Positions 1 to 10,551 of a stretch of DNA of 64,000 nucleotides are shown one piece after another. The position numbers and the translations under genes are program-made. Origin of the DNA: Escherichia coli (lineage in GTDB: Bacteria; Pseudomonadota; Gammaproteobacteria; Enterobacterales; Enterobacteriaceae). The notes below the pieces were generated by a model. The model had not been told where the DNA came from, did not search any database, and worked only from the letters and a program-made list of their open reading frames with translations. The stretch lies in the NCBI RefSeq assembly GCF_003018235.1, contig NZ_CP027437.1. One strand, written 5' to 3'. Each line of letters begins with the position of its first letter. The first letter of the stretch is position 1.

Positions 1-6
1 GATATA

Positions 7-435
7 TTATTGGTGCTTCGATTTAAAAAACTCCCAATACTTTGGAGTATATCCTTTAAATGCTCTATGTTTCCCTTTTTCATAAGCTTTCAGGAAACAT
101 TCGTAAGCCTCATCGTTTTCACCTAATTCTAGACAAACACCCCCTAAGTTAATCAGTTCAGATGTGGAATATAGTGGAATTTCACACTTAAAAATTTCAA
201 CTGCCCAGTATTTTGCCTCATTATATTTTTTAAGGTCAAAATACACACCATAAATGCAACGAATCAACCATGCAGAAACTCCATCACCAAAAGAATATTT
301 CGGCTCAGGTAAACTATCCCACAAAGAAAGATAAAGTTTTAAAGCACCATAGGCATCTCCTTGATCTTCAAGAACGTTACCATCTTCGATTTGCTTTACT
401 ATGCTTTCTTCAAGCACTGGTCTGGTACTACTCAT
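7..435 (-). CDS. Putative immunity protein for the Rhs C-terminal toxin (142 aa)
   Basis: ORF begins 73 bp downstream of the rhs stop on the same strand; AT-rich like the toxin tip; helical, Tyr/Glu/Lys-rich sequence. Position and composition fit a cognate immunity gene; family not identified. Confidence 0.5.
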   Translation of the reverse strand: MSSTRPVLEESIVKQIEDGNVLEDQGDAYGALKLYLSLWDSLPEPKYSFGDGVSAWLIRCIYGVYFDLKKYNEAKYWAVEIFKCEIPLYSTSELINLGGVCLELGENDEAYECFLKAYEKGKHRAFKGYTPKYWEFFKSKHQ

Positions 436-508
436 TGCAAGCTACTCCATATGTATAAAATGAAAATTCACATAGTTCTAACTAGCTAATATATAACAAC
501 CGATTTCT

Positions 509-3500
509 CTATTTTATGATTGGCGGTACAATTGGAGGTGTCACTGGTGGTAAGTATACTTGACCAAGTTTAGCCCCAGCAGAACGGTTAAGAGAATAAT
601 GATCCAAATAATAATTTTTTGAATCCAGCATCCAATCCCTGACAGGTTTAGACTTCGGCCCCAAAAATCTACCAGTATTATTCCACCATGTAACGGCATC
701 TGTCTTATGAGACATATCTGCTTCACTTAATGGATGCCAGACACCTTCAGAATCTTTAAACTCCATCCGGGAACCTGTCCCTCTAATTTTTCCATCATTT
801 CTCATCCGAGCAATAACCTCACGGCCTGTTCGGCTATTCTTCCCTGGGGTTCTTCCTAAGAAATCACAACGTTTTGACAGCCCTAATGGGTCAATCCACC
901 CCAGCGGATTAGGCGCATAAGCATACAGGTTCAGCCCGCCCGCCAGCCCTATCGGGTCCGTTACCATGAACCGCCCGACATCCGGATCATAGTACCTGTG
1001 CAGATTGTAATGCAGCCCCGTTTCCCTGTCGAGGTACTGTCCCTGGTAGCGCAGGTTCTGCTCCACCCCGCCGTGGTCCTTCTCCTGTATCGTGTTACCC
1101 CAGACCTGATACCCCGTCTCCCACACGATTTTCCCGTCGCTGTCCGTCATCTCTTCCGGCGCGCCGTTCACATCCGTGTGAAAATACAGTATCCGGTTCG
1201 GGCCCTCTTTACCCACCTTATCCACCCGCGCCAGCGGTTCATAACTCCCCGGGTCGCTGTAGATATACAGGCTGCTTATTCCCTCCGGCCTGCTCTCCTG
1301 CGCCAGCCGCATTCCGTCCCATAAAAATGTCGTCCGGTTGTACGGTTTACCGTCAGGGCTGATGTGCTGTTTTTCCGTCCGCCTCCCCAGCGCATCGTAC
1401 ACATACCGGTACGTTCCCCGCGCTGTCGTCACTTCCACCATCCGGTGTTCCGCATCATAACGGTAACTCTGCGTGCCGCTCCGGCCCTCCTTTTCCACCG
1501 CACGGCCAAATTCGTCGTAACGGTAGTGCACACCACGGTAAGACATCAGCCGGTTGAACGGCACCACGCTGTTTTCTGCCGTGGCCCTTTCCCCCGCGCG
1601 CCGCGCCAGCAGGTTTCCCGCCGCGTCGTACTCCCAGCTCGCCAGATACCCCTCATCCTCCGAGCGGCACGCCGTGATGCGCCCCGTGGGGTCGTAGAAG
1701 TAATCCGTTTCCCCCCGCCGGCTGTGCCGCGTCTTCAGCAGTTCATCCTCGCCGCTGTAGCTGTACTGCCGGTCCGTGAACGTCTCCGGTACCACCCCGC
1801 GCATCCCGCTGTATGTCTCCCTGCGCTTCAGCCGCCCGGCGGGGTCATAAAGCTGCCGCGTGCTCAGTCGCCCCTGACTTCTGAGCACTTCCCGGTGCAG
1901 GGCGTCACGTGTGAACTCGCTGATGACCTCCCGGTCCAGATTTATCTGCTGGAGATGGCCGCTGCCGTAGTACAGATGACGCTGCGTTCTGCCGTCCGGA
2001 AAGGAGGTGGCTGTCCGGTTGCTGAGTTCATCGTACTGATGGGTCAGGACGCCCTGCGCCGTCTCCTCAGTCAGCATCCGCCCCAGTCTGTCGTAACTGA
2101 AGCGGATAATCTCCGGTGCGTCCATTTCCCCGGCATCCGACCGTCGGCGGCGGATTTCCAGTAGCTGGTCTGCCGCATCATGGACGTATTCCGTACGGCT
2201 ATCGGCTGTCTCCTTTGCCGTGAGCCGGCCCGCCGCATCACGTGCCAGCCGGTGGCGGATTTCACCGCCCCGGTCCCCTGTGAACACCACTTCCGTGACC
2301 GCGTTCAGCACGTTGTAACGGTACGTCTGGCGGCAGCCGTCCGGATTTATCTGCTCCGCCAGACGGTCCAGCACATCATGGCGGAACCGGTAGTTTTCTC
2401 CGTTCTCGTTCGTGAGCGTGACCAGACGCCCGTAAGCATCGTACCCGAACGCCGTCCTGCGCCCCGTCGCGTCTGTCCGGCTGCGCACCCGGCCCTGCCC
2501 GTCCCGCTGCCAGCGCGTTATCCTCCCCATCGGGCTGGTGTACTTCACGAGCCTGCCCGCCGCGTCCGACTGGTAATTCACCGTGCGGCCGTCCGCCAGT
2601 ATCACCTCCGTCAGGTGGCCGCTGTCGTCATACCCGTAGCGCGTGCTGTGGCTCTGCGCGTCTGTCATCCGTATCAGCCGCGTGCGTTCGTCGTAGAACC
2701 AGGCCGTCTGCGAGCCGGAACAGTCCGTGTGCCGCATGAGCTGTCCGTCTTCGTTCCACTGAAGGTATTTATTCCCCCCGCGCGCATCCGTTATCTGCAC
2801 CACCTGACCGTGGCGGTCATACTGATACCGGGTGTTCTGCTGCAGCGGGTCGGTCACCGCAAGAAGATTGCCGCGTTCATCGTACTCACAGCACCAGCTG
2901 TTCCCCGCCGCGTCCACCTCCGTTTCCGGCTGGTGCCACACCGGGTGCCACTGTGTCTGTGCCACCCGCCCCAGCGGGTCGTGCGTCTCCGTGATATGCC
3001 CCTGCCGGTCATACACATAGCGCCATTTGCCGCCCTGCGCATCGGTCATTCCCAGTAACAGCCGTTCTTCGTCGCTCCAGCGGAACGTCGTCACCTGCCC
3101 GGCTTCGTCCTGGTACGCCGTCACCTGGTTCTGCGCGTCCCACTGATGATAACGCGTGCGCCCCAGCCCGTCCGTCACGCACAGCCTGCGTGCCGCGAGG
3201 CTCCACGCCAGCCGGTACTGTTCACCGCTGTCCGTGTGGTGCCCCGTCACCCGCCACGCTGCGTCATCCGGGCCTTCATACCAGCCCCACTGGTAATAAT
3301 ACCCTTCGCCGCCCGGCTGGCGGTGCAGGGTCATGCAGTGGTTTTCGTCGTAAGCAAACTCGCGCAGCAGGTGCCCCGTGCTGTCGTACACGCCGTTCAG
3401 GTCGCCGGCCTCGTCATAGCGGTAACGACGCAGCAGTAAAGGAGCCGTCTCAGGGAAATGCTGATAAATCTGTGTCACCCGCCGGGGATGCGCCGCCAGT

Positions 3501-5188
3501 TCATAATGCAGACGGATGCACGGACGCTGCTGTTCACCGCTGATTTGCGTGATGCGCCCCAGCTCGTCGTAGTACAGATTCAGACAGTTGCTGTTGCGGT
3601 CGCCCAGCATTTTCAGCCGCTGGTGCTGCGGGTGATGCGGGTCGGCTTCAAACAGAAAAAACTGCCCGTCATCGCTGCTGATAAGCCAGTGCCCCTGCTC
3701 ACCCCGCCGTACTGCCAGTCCTTCGCCGGGGCTGTAAAACCCGCTCCCCGGCAGCACAGCCTCCATATCCAGGCGTCGTCCCATGCCCGACACAAAGGTC
3801 ATACAGTTTTCGTCAGCAGTACCCGGCGTGCGCACGAGGCTGACTTCATACATCACGCTCCAGCCCTGCCCGAACATCCCTTCCGTGCGGTCGTCACGAC
3901 TGCTGTACACGCGCTGCCAGTCCAGCGGAAAGTGGCCCGGCAGACTGAAGTCAAAATCATCGTCATCGGCCAGATATTTGGCTCCGGTGGCGGCATTGAC
4001 CGGATGCGGAAGGGCACTGATGGCCTTCTGCGTCATCACCCCCATCCCGACACTGGCAGCAAAACAGGCGATTTTAGAAAGCATTTTGCCCGGGCGAAGA
4101 AACATCAGCGCCACGGTTGCCACCAGGGTTATCTGCGACCTGCCGCTTCTGATATCCCTGACCACCAGTAACGGACCGCCAATGCGGACATCCGGTGACA
4201 CAAACGCCCCGTTCCCCGGCTCATTCACCACCCTGGCCTCGCAGGTGCAGCGTGCCCCGCTGCGTGCCGCCGGCTGGCTGTTGATACGCACATCCCGCGC
4301 GCCTTCCGCGATATATTCCGCTGCGGGCGGTTCATCATCGCCTTTGAACAGATTACTGATGCTGCCAATAACCGCATTCACTCCCTGAAAGGCGGTTTCC
4401 AGCATACCGCCCGGACTCAGCAGGTTAAGGGCCGTTCCCAGGGGGTCATCCAGAAAGGCGGCTTTTTTTTGTGCGAGAAACTGCGTCAGTGAGGAGGGAT
4501 GTTTATGGCAGTCGATTTTATCGTCAGGGGTCGGGGTGGAGCCCGGGGCCGCACTGGCCACGGTGGGCTGCCATAGTTCCGACACAAAATGTGTCACGCC
4601 ATCCACCATTTCAGAACGCCCTTCTTCCGTACTGAGCTGGTCATGCAGCGCCCGGGACATCAGCACAGGCCCTGTCACCGGGTTAACCGCCAGGGCTATG
4701 GCCCCCGCCATTTCCAGATATTCCCCGGCCACATCCAGGAACGTTCTGGCGTCCTCCTGACGCTGCGCTTCTTCCTGTTCCGCCTTCGCCTGCGCCTCCT
4801 GCGCCTCAATGTCCTGCCGCGATGCCGCAGTCGCCGCGGCCCGCGCGGCAGGTTTGCTGTTGATCCATGTGTCGCCAGAGCCGGTGAGGATGTAACCTTC
4901 AATCTGAGGCGGGAAAAGCATATTTGCGAGGTCTGAACAGACTTCGCTGACCTTTTCTGTCACGCCGGTGTACACCATCGCCACACCCGCCACAAAACCG
5001 GTCAGCACGACGGCCGTGCACCCCATAGTGATCCCCGCTGACGTCGCCAGTAACGAGGTTGTGCCGACAATGAGGGCATCAATAACGACATTTGCGGCCA
5101 CCTCCAGCACCGCCCCCAGCACATCTGCCATAAACGACGTATGCAGCAGGGCATCACCCTGCCTTGCCGCCCAGAATGCCTCTTCCAT
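509..5188 (-). CDS. Rhs-family polymorphic toxin (1559 aa): prePAAR/PAAR N-terminus, YD-repeat shell, DPLGL boundary, variable 122-aa C-terminal tip
   Basis: ATG at 5188. N-terminus carries AARQGDALLH (prePAAR consensus AARxxDxxxH), hydrophobic stretches at residues ~23-75, and PAAR tetrapeptides at residues 113-116 and 306-309. Many YD repeats (YRYDEAGDL, YQYDRHGQ, YGYDDSGHL). Core ends PNPLGWIDPLGL; the last 122 aa (nt 512-877) are AT-rich. Confidence 0.9.
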   Translation of the reverse strand: MEEAFWAARQGDALLHTSFMADVLGAVLEVAANVVIDALIVGTTSLLATSAGITMGCTAVVLTGFVAGVAMVYTGVTEKVSEVCSDLANMLFPPQIEGYILTGSGDTWINSKPAARAAATAASRQDIEAQEAQAKAEQEEAQRQEDARTFLDVAGEYLEMAGAIALAVNPVTGPVLMSRALHDQLSTEEGRSEMVDGVTHFVSELWQPTVASAAPGSTPTPDDKIDCHKHPSSLTQFLAQKKAAFLDDPLGTALNLLSPGGMLETAFQGVNAVIGSISNLFKGDDEPPAAEYIAEGARDVRINSQPAARSGARCTCEARVVNEPGNGAFVSPDVRIGGPLLVVRDIRSGRSQITLVATVALMFLRPGKMLSKIACFAASVGMGVMTQKAISALPHPVNAATGAKYLADDDDFDFSLPGHFPLDWQRVYSSRDDRTEGMFGQGWSVMYEVSLVRTPGTADENCMTFVSGMGRRLDMEAVLPGSGFYSPGEGLAVRRGEQGHWLISSDDGQFFLFEADPHHPQHQRLKMLGDRNSNCLNLYYDELGRITQISGEQQRPCIRLHYELAAHPRRVTQIYQHFPETAPLLLRRYRYDEAGDLNGVYDSTGHLLREFAYDENHCMTLHRQPGGEGYYYQWGWYEGPDDAAWRVTGHHTDSGEQYRLAWSLAARRLCVTDGLGRTRYHQWDAQNQVTAYQDEAGQVTTFRWSDEERLLLGMTDAQGGKWRYVYDRQGHITETHDPLGRVAQTQWHPVWHQPETEVDAAGNSWCCEYDERGNLLAVTDPLQQNTRYQYDRHGQVVQITDARGGNKYLQWNEDGQLMRHTDCSGSQTAWFYDERTRLIRMTDAQSHSTRYGYDDSGHLTEVILADGRTVNYQSDAAGRLVKYTSPMGRITRWQRDGQGRVRSRTDATGRRTAFGYDAYGRLVTLTNENGENYRFRHDVLDRLAEQINPDGCRQTYRYNVLNAVTEVVFTGDRGGEIRHRLARDAAGRLTAKETADSRTEYVHDAADQLLEIRRRRSDAGEMDAPEIIRFSYDRLGRMLTEETAQGVLTHQYDELSNRTATSFPDGRTQRHLYYGSGHLQQINLDREVISEFTRDALHREVLRSQGRLSTRQLYDPAGRLKRRETYSGMRGVVPETFTDRQYSYSGEDELLKTRHSRRGETDYFYDPTGRITACRSEDEGYLASWEYDAAGNLLARRAGERATAENSVVPFNRLMSYRGVHYRYDEFGRAVEKEGRSGTQSYRYDAEHRMVEVTTARGTYRYVYDALGRRTEKQHISPDGKPYNRTTFLWDGMRLAQESRPEGISSLYIYSDPGSYEPLARVDKVGKEGPNRILYFHTDVNGAPEEMTDSDGKIVWETGYQVWGNTIQEKDHGGVEQNLRYQGQYLDRETGLHYNLHRYYDPDVGRFMVTDPIGLAGGLNLYAYAPNPLGWIDPLGLSKRCDFLGRTPGKNSRTGREVIARMRNDGKIRGTGSRMEFKDSEGVWHPLSEADMSHKTDAVTWWNNTGRFLGPKSKPVRDWMLDSKNYYLDHYSLNRSAGAKLGQVYLPPVTPPIVPPIIK

Positions 5189-5206
5189 GTCCCGTTCCCT
5201 GTGTGA

Positions 5207-5436
5207 TTAATTCGTCCCGGCTTCCTGCCGCATCCTGAAGCGCAGATTCTTTTTAATTTCAGCCCAGCGCGTCATATCTGCCGGGGTCAGCGGTGTGGTT
5301 CTGGCGTAGGTGAAGGCCATCATGACCCGCTCACCCGGCAATACAAATGCCACCTGACACTGGTACACCTGCTCGTTACCCCGGAGAAACTGGCTCTGTA
5401 TTTGCAAACCGCCTCATTGAGATAATATTCCGTCAT
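5207..5436 (-). pseudogene. Disrupted short ORFs immediately upstream of rhs; possible remnant of an effector-associated chaperone gene
   Basis: A 66-aa ORF (5207-5407, TTG start) ends 19 bp before the rhs start. An ATG at 5436 with an upstream AGGA opens a different frame that stops at 5320. No intact ORF of chaperone size. Assignment is positional inference only. Confidence 0.2.
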
Positions 5437-6190
5437 AATAGAAGTCGTCCTTTTTAATAAATGAATTATTTATTGACAGGTTCTGTTTTTTAATCATGAA
5501 TGTAATGTCTATCACCGCTTTACAGCACTCTTTATCTTTCAAGCGGTAATCACTAATAACATTAAGCAATTACCCATATTTACAATGACCGGAACTGATA
5601 TGCCGTTATGTATTTAACAATCCCAACATATTCACCATACCAATAAAATCACGAGTAACAAACACGCTACCGCCTCCATATAAAAAATGGACAGCTTATA
5701 AAATTGCATCTTGCATAGAAAGGGCTGAGATATCGAGTGTATTTTAATTATCAACTATAAATCTTGAATATTTTCATTAACAGAAACACATCTTATCCCA
5801 TTAGATATGTTAACAATCAATTATTCTTAACATATCACTAAAGTATATATTACTCTCTTTACTATCTGTTTTTATTGCGGTAGCGATATTAATAGCAAAA
5901 TTCGGAATTTATTTAGATGCTGGAATAAGAAAAAATGATGACGGCTTTCTTACCTTACCCTGAAGTTTCAGGAAAGTGTGTAAGGAAGGATGCAACCTAA
6001 CTGGAGATTTCTGAGGATCTAGTTGCTTAGAGCGACAATGAAGGTGAACGCATCCAGAGTAGTCCTATGAAAGGATACTATTGAAAATTGATGCTAAAAC
6101 AGTGATTAAATGAACAACACCATGGAACCCGTTGATTCAAAACGCCTAAACCAGCCCCCTGATACGAGGCTGGCTTAAACGCGCAGGCAA

Positions 6191-6397
6191 TCAGTAAAAA
6201 TCACCAGTTGCCTTTTCTGCCTGATCCATCCACACCGGTTTCTCGCTGGTTTTCGACCAGACGCGGTGCAGGTAGCTGTAAAAGCGGGCGCGGTCTTTCC
6301 AGAAAAGCATGAAAGGCAGCGCCAGAACGCCCGCTGCAACCGCATAAGTACGGCGTAAAAAGATAAGCCATGCAGGATATTCTCTGTAGAGTTCCAT
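6191..6397 (-). CDS. ybfA: YbfA, small DUF2517 protein (68 aa)
   Basis: 68-aa translation [16 protein letters not shown]... matches recalled K-12 YbfA; sits between rhs and kdpF as in K-12. Confidence 0.8.
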   Translation of the reverse strand: MELYREYPAWLIFLRRTYAVAAGVLALPFMLFWKDRARFYSYLHRVWSKTSEKPVWMDQAEKATGDFY

Positions 6398-6606
6398 ACT
6401 TTTCTCCCCCTTTTGTATCTACCCGGTGAATGGCACCGGAAAAATGAATTTGTTTATCTGATGAAAATAGTACCGCCTTTTGTGTAATTTTACTACTCAT
6501 CCGACCACTTATTTTTGCTTATTGATGGTTTATTTACATTCATACCGTAATTAAGTTACACAAAGGTTAAATTAATACTAAACATTAGTTAAATCATGGC
6601 TTTTGC

Positions 6607-6675
6607 CATTTTTATACTTTTTTTACACCCCGCCCGCAGATTTTTGCGAAATCTTTGCAGCCAGAATTCTACCCT
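6607..6675 (+). promoter_or_regulatory. kdpFABC promoter region with KdpE-binding direct repeat
   Basis: T-rich direct repeat TTTTTATACTTTTTTTACACC about 80 bp upstream of kdpF, followed by TTGCGA as a -35 candidate. Matches the recalled KdpE box; exact -10 uncertain. Confidence 0.5.
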
Positions 6676-6709
6676 TCCGGTATCACTTTTAGGCCACTGG
6701 AGGTGCACT

Positions 6710-6799
6710 GTGAGTGCAGGCGTGATAGCCGGCGTGTTGCTGGTGTTTTTATTACTGGGTTATCTGGTTTATGCCCTGATCAATGCGGAGGCGTTCTGA
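6710..6799 (+). CDS. kdpF: KdpF, K+-ATPase small subunit (29 aa)
   Basis: GTG start; translation [29 protein letters not shown]; stop overlaps the kdpA ATG. Below the ORF-track size cut-off. Confidence 0.85.
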   Translation: MSAGVIAGVLLVFLLLGYLVYALINAEAF

Positions 6800-8472
6800 T
6801 GGCTGCGCAAGGGTTCTTACTGATCGCCACGTTTTTACTGGTGTTAATGGTGCTGGCACGTCCTTTAGGCAGCGGGCTGGCGCGGCTGATTAACGACATA
6901 CCTCTTCCCGGTACAGCGGGCGTTGAACGTATACTCTTTCGTTTACCTGGCGTCTCTGACAGTGAGATGAACTGGAAGCAGTATCTCTGTGCCATTCTCG
7001 GCCTGAACATGCTGGGGCTGGCGGTGCTGTTTTTTATGTTGCTCGGTCAGCACTATCTGCCGCTTAATCCACAGCAGTTGCCAGGGCTGTCGTGGGATCT
7101 GGCGCTGAATACCGCCGTCAGCTTTGTCACCAATACCAACTGGCAATCTTATAGCGGTGAAACCACGTTGAGCTATTTCAGCCAGATGGCGGGCTTAACG
7201 GTACAAAACTTTCTTTCTGCCGCCAGCGGGATTGCGGTGATTTTTGCCCTCATTCGTGCGTTTACCCGCCAGAGCATGAGCACACTCGGGAATGCCTGGG
7301 TCGATCTGTTACGTATCACGTTATGGGTGCTAGTCCCTGTGGCGTTGTTGATCGCACTGTTTTTTATTCAACAAGGTGCACTGCAAAACTTTCTGCCCTA
7401 TCAGGCGGTGAATACCGTTGAAGGAGCGAAACAGCTGTTACCCATGGGTCCGGTGGCTTCTCAGGAAGCGATAAAGATGCTCGGCACTAACGGCGGTGGC
7501 TTCTTTAATGCCAACTCGTCGCATCCGTTTGAAAACCCAACCGCACTGACCAACTTCGTGCAGATGCTGACGATCTTCTTGATCCCAACGGCACTGTGCT
7601 TTGCCTTTGGCGAAGTGGCGGGCGATCGCCGTCAGGGGCGCATGTTGCTGTGGGCGATGTCAGTGATTTTTGTCATCTGCGTAGGCGTGGTGATGTGGGC
7701 AGAAGTTCAGGGTAATCCTCATCTGCTGGCGCTGGGTGCGGACAGCAGCATCAATATGGAAGGTAAAGAGAGCCGTTTCGGCGTGCTGGTCAGTAGCCTG
7801 TTTGCGGTCGTGACTACGGCGGCTTCCTGTGGCGCGGTGATTGCGATGCATGATTCGTTTACCGCTCTCGGTGGCATGGTGCCGATGTGGCTGATGCAAA
7901 TTGGTGAAGTGGTATTCGGCGGTGTCGGTTCTGGTCTTTACGGCATGATGCTGTTTGTTCTGCTGGCGGTGTTTATTGCCGGGCTGATGATTGGTCGTAC
8001 ACCGGAATATCTGGGTAAAAAAATCGACGTACGTGAGATGAAACTGACCGCGCTGGCGATTCTGGTCACCCCGACGCTGGTGCTGATGGGCGCGGCGCTG
8101 GCAATGATGACCGACGCCGGACGTAGCGCCATGCTCAACCCTGGCCCGCATGGTTTTAGCGAAGTGCTGTACGCCGTGTCATCCGCCGCTAACAACAACG
8201 GCAGCGCCTTTGCCGGATTAAGCGCCAACTCTCCGTTCTGGAACTGTTTACTGGCGTTCTGCATGTTTGTCGGTCGCTTCGGGGTGATTATCCCGGTGAT
8301 GGCAATTGCCGGTTCGCTGGTGAGTAAAAAGAGCCAACCCGCCAGCTCCGGCACATTGCCAACGCACGGCCCGCTGTTTGTTGGCCTGTTAATCGGCACC
8401 GTGTTGCTGGTTGGCGCACTGACCTTTATCCCTGCCCTGGCGCTTGGTCCGGTGGCGGAATATCTCTCCTGA
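6799..8472 (+). CDS. kdpA: KdpA, K+-transporting ATPase potassium-binding subunit (557 aa)
   Basis: Translation from [12 protein letters not shown]... matches KdpA; ATG overlaps the kdpF stop (ATGA). The ORF-track N-terminal extension from 6655 is rejected. Confidence 0.95.
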   Translation: MAAQGFLLIATFLLVLMVLARPLGSGLARLINDIPLPGTAGVERILFRLPGVSDSEMNWKQYLCAILGLNMLGLAVLFFMLLGQHYLPLNPQQLPGLSWDLALNTAVSFVTNTNWQSYSGETTLSYFSQMAGLTVQNFLSAASGIAVIFALIRAFTRQSMSTLGNAWVDLLRITLWVLVPVALLIALFFIQQGALQNFLPYQAVNTVEGAKQLLPMGPVASQEAIKMLGTNGGGFFNANSSHPFENPTALTNFVQMLTIFLIPTALCFAFGEVAGDRRQGRMLLWAMSVIFVICVGVVMWAEVQGNPHLLALGADSSINMEGKESRFGVLVSSLFAVVTTAASCGAVIAMHDSFTALGGMVPMWLMQIGEVVFGGVGSGLYGMMLFVLLAVFIAGLMIGRTPEYLGKKIDVREMKLTALAILVTPTLVLMGAALAMMTDAGRSAMLNPGPHGFSEVLYAVSSAANNNGSAFAGLSANSPFWNCLLAFCMFVGRFGVIIPVMAIAGSLVSKKSQPASSGTLPTHGPLFVGLLIGTVLLVGALTFIPALALGPVAEYLS

Positions 8473-8494
8473 TGATATTGAGTGAGCACTGAAT

Positions 8495-10543
8495 ATGAGT
8501 CGTAAACAACTGGCGCTATTCGAACCAACACTTGTCCTTCAGGCGCTGAAAGAAGCGGTGAAAAAATTAAACCCGCAGGCGCAATGGCGCAATCCGGTGA
8601 TGTTTATCGTCTGGATCGGCAGTCTGCTGACCACCTGTATTAGCATCGCGATGGCAAGCGGTGTGATGCCTGGCAATGCGCTGTTTAGCGCGGTAATTAG
8701 CGGCTGGCTGTGGGTCACCGTACTGTTCGCTAATTTCGCCGAGGCGTTGGCAGAAGGCCGCAGTAAAGCGCAGGCCAACAGTCTGAAAGGGGTGAAAAAA
8801 ACTGCCTTTGCCCGCAAGCTGCGTGAGCCGAAATATGGCGCTGCGGCGGACAAAGTTCCCGCCGATCAACTGCGTAAAGGCGATATCGTACTGGTGGAAG
8901 CTGGCGATATTATCCCCTGCGATGGTGAAGTCATTGAAGGGGGCGCATCGGTCGATGAAAGCGCCATCACCGGGGAATCGGCACCGGTGATCCGTGAATC
9001 CGGCGGCGATTTTGCCTCCGTCACTGGCGGCACGCGTATTCTTTCTGACTGGCTGGTGATTGAGTGCAGCGTTAACCCCGGCGAGACATTTCTGGATCGG
9101 ATGATCGCGATGGTGGAAGGCGCGCAGCGACGCAAAACGCCGAACGAGATTGCCCTGACCATCCTGCTGATTGCCCTGACTATCGTCTTTTTACTGGCAA
9201 CCGCCACGCTGTGGCCGTTTTCCGCGTGGGGCGGTAATGCAGTCAGCGTAACGGTACTGGTGGCGCTGCTGGTCTGTCTGATCCCAACGACCATTGGCGG
9301 TCTGTTGTCAGCGATCGGCGTCGCCGGGATGAGTCGGATGCTGGGCGCGAATGTGATTGCCACCAGCGGACGTGCAGTTGAAGCGGCGGGTGACGTTGAC
9401 GTCCTGCTGCTGGATAAAACCGGCACCATCACACTCGGTAACCGTCAGGCGTCGGAGTTTATCCCCGCGCAGGGCGTGGATGAAAAAATGCTGGCTGACG
9501 CCGCACAACTGGCTTCGCTGGCTGATGAAACGCCGGAAGGCCGCAGTATTGTGATCCTCGCCAAGCAGCGTTTTAACCTGCGCGAGCGCGATGTGCAGTC
9601 GCTCCATGCCACCTTTGTACCGTTTACTGCGCAAAGCCGGATGAGCGGGATCAACATCGACAACCGCATGATCCGTAAAGGTTCTGTCGATGCCATTCGC
9701 CGCCATGTTGAGGCTAATGGTGGTCACTTCCCAGCCGATGTTGATCAAAAAGTCGATCAGGTTGCGCGTCAGGGGGCCACGCCGCTGGTGGTGGTGGAAG
9801 GTTCCCGTGTGCTGGGCGTTATTGCGCTGAAAGATATCGTCAAAGGCGGTATTAAAGAGCGCTTCGCCCAGCTGCGCAAAATGGGCATTAAAACGGTGAT
9901 GATTACCGGCGATAACCGTCTGACTGCCGCCGCCATTGCTGCGGAAGCGGGCGTCGATGATTTTCTCGCCGAAGCGACACCGGAGGCCAAGCTGGCATTG
10001 ATTCGTCAGTATCAGGCGGAAGGCCGTTTGGTGGCGATGACCGGCGACGGCACCAATGATGCTCCGGCGCTGGCGCAGGCAGATGTCGCGGTAGCGATGA
10101 ACTCCGGTACTCAGGCGGCGAAAGAAGCGGGCAATATGGTGGATCTCGACTCTAACCCGACCAAGTTGATCGAGGTGGTGCACATTGGCAAACAGATGCT
10201 GATGACCCGTGGCTCGCTGACCACCTTCAGCATTGCCAACGATGTGGCGAAATACTTCGCCATTATTCCGGCGGCGTTCGCGGCAACATATCCACAGTTA
10301 AATGCGCTGAACATCATGCGCCTGCATTCGCCCGACTCCGCAATCCTCAGTGCGGTCATTTTCAACGCCTTGATTATCGTCTTTTTGATTCCCCTGGCGT
10401 TAAAAGGCGTGAGTTATAAACCGCTTACCGCTTCTGCCATGTTGCGCCGTAACTTATGGATTTACGGTCTGGGTGGGCTGCTGGTGCCGTTTATTGGTAT
10501 CAAAGTCATTGATTTACTGCTGACCGTTTGCGGTCTGGTGTGA
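8495..10543 (+). CDS. kdpB: KdpB, P-type ATPase catalytic subunit (682 aa)
   Basis: P-type ATPase motifs DKTGT and GDGTNDAP present; operon context. Confidence 0.95.
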
Positions 10544-10551
10544 GGTTTACC

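Noticed and set aside
998-4388. Long plus-strand ORFs (108-292 aa) inside the rhs gene
   Set aside because: Antisense shadow ORFs in the GC-rich repeat core; Arg/Pro/His-rich low-complexity translations, fully inside a well-supported gene.
6655-6798. N-terminal extension of kdpA (ORF-track start at 6655)
   Set aside because: It would read through kdpF in another frame and across the kdp promoter; the kdpA ATG at 6799 overlaps the kdpF stop.
9308-10183. 291-aa minus-strand ORF antisense to kdpB
   Set aside because: Shadow ORF inside kdpB; Arg/His-rich, no RBS context.
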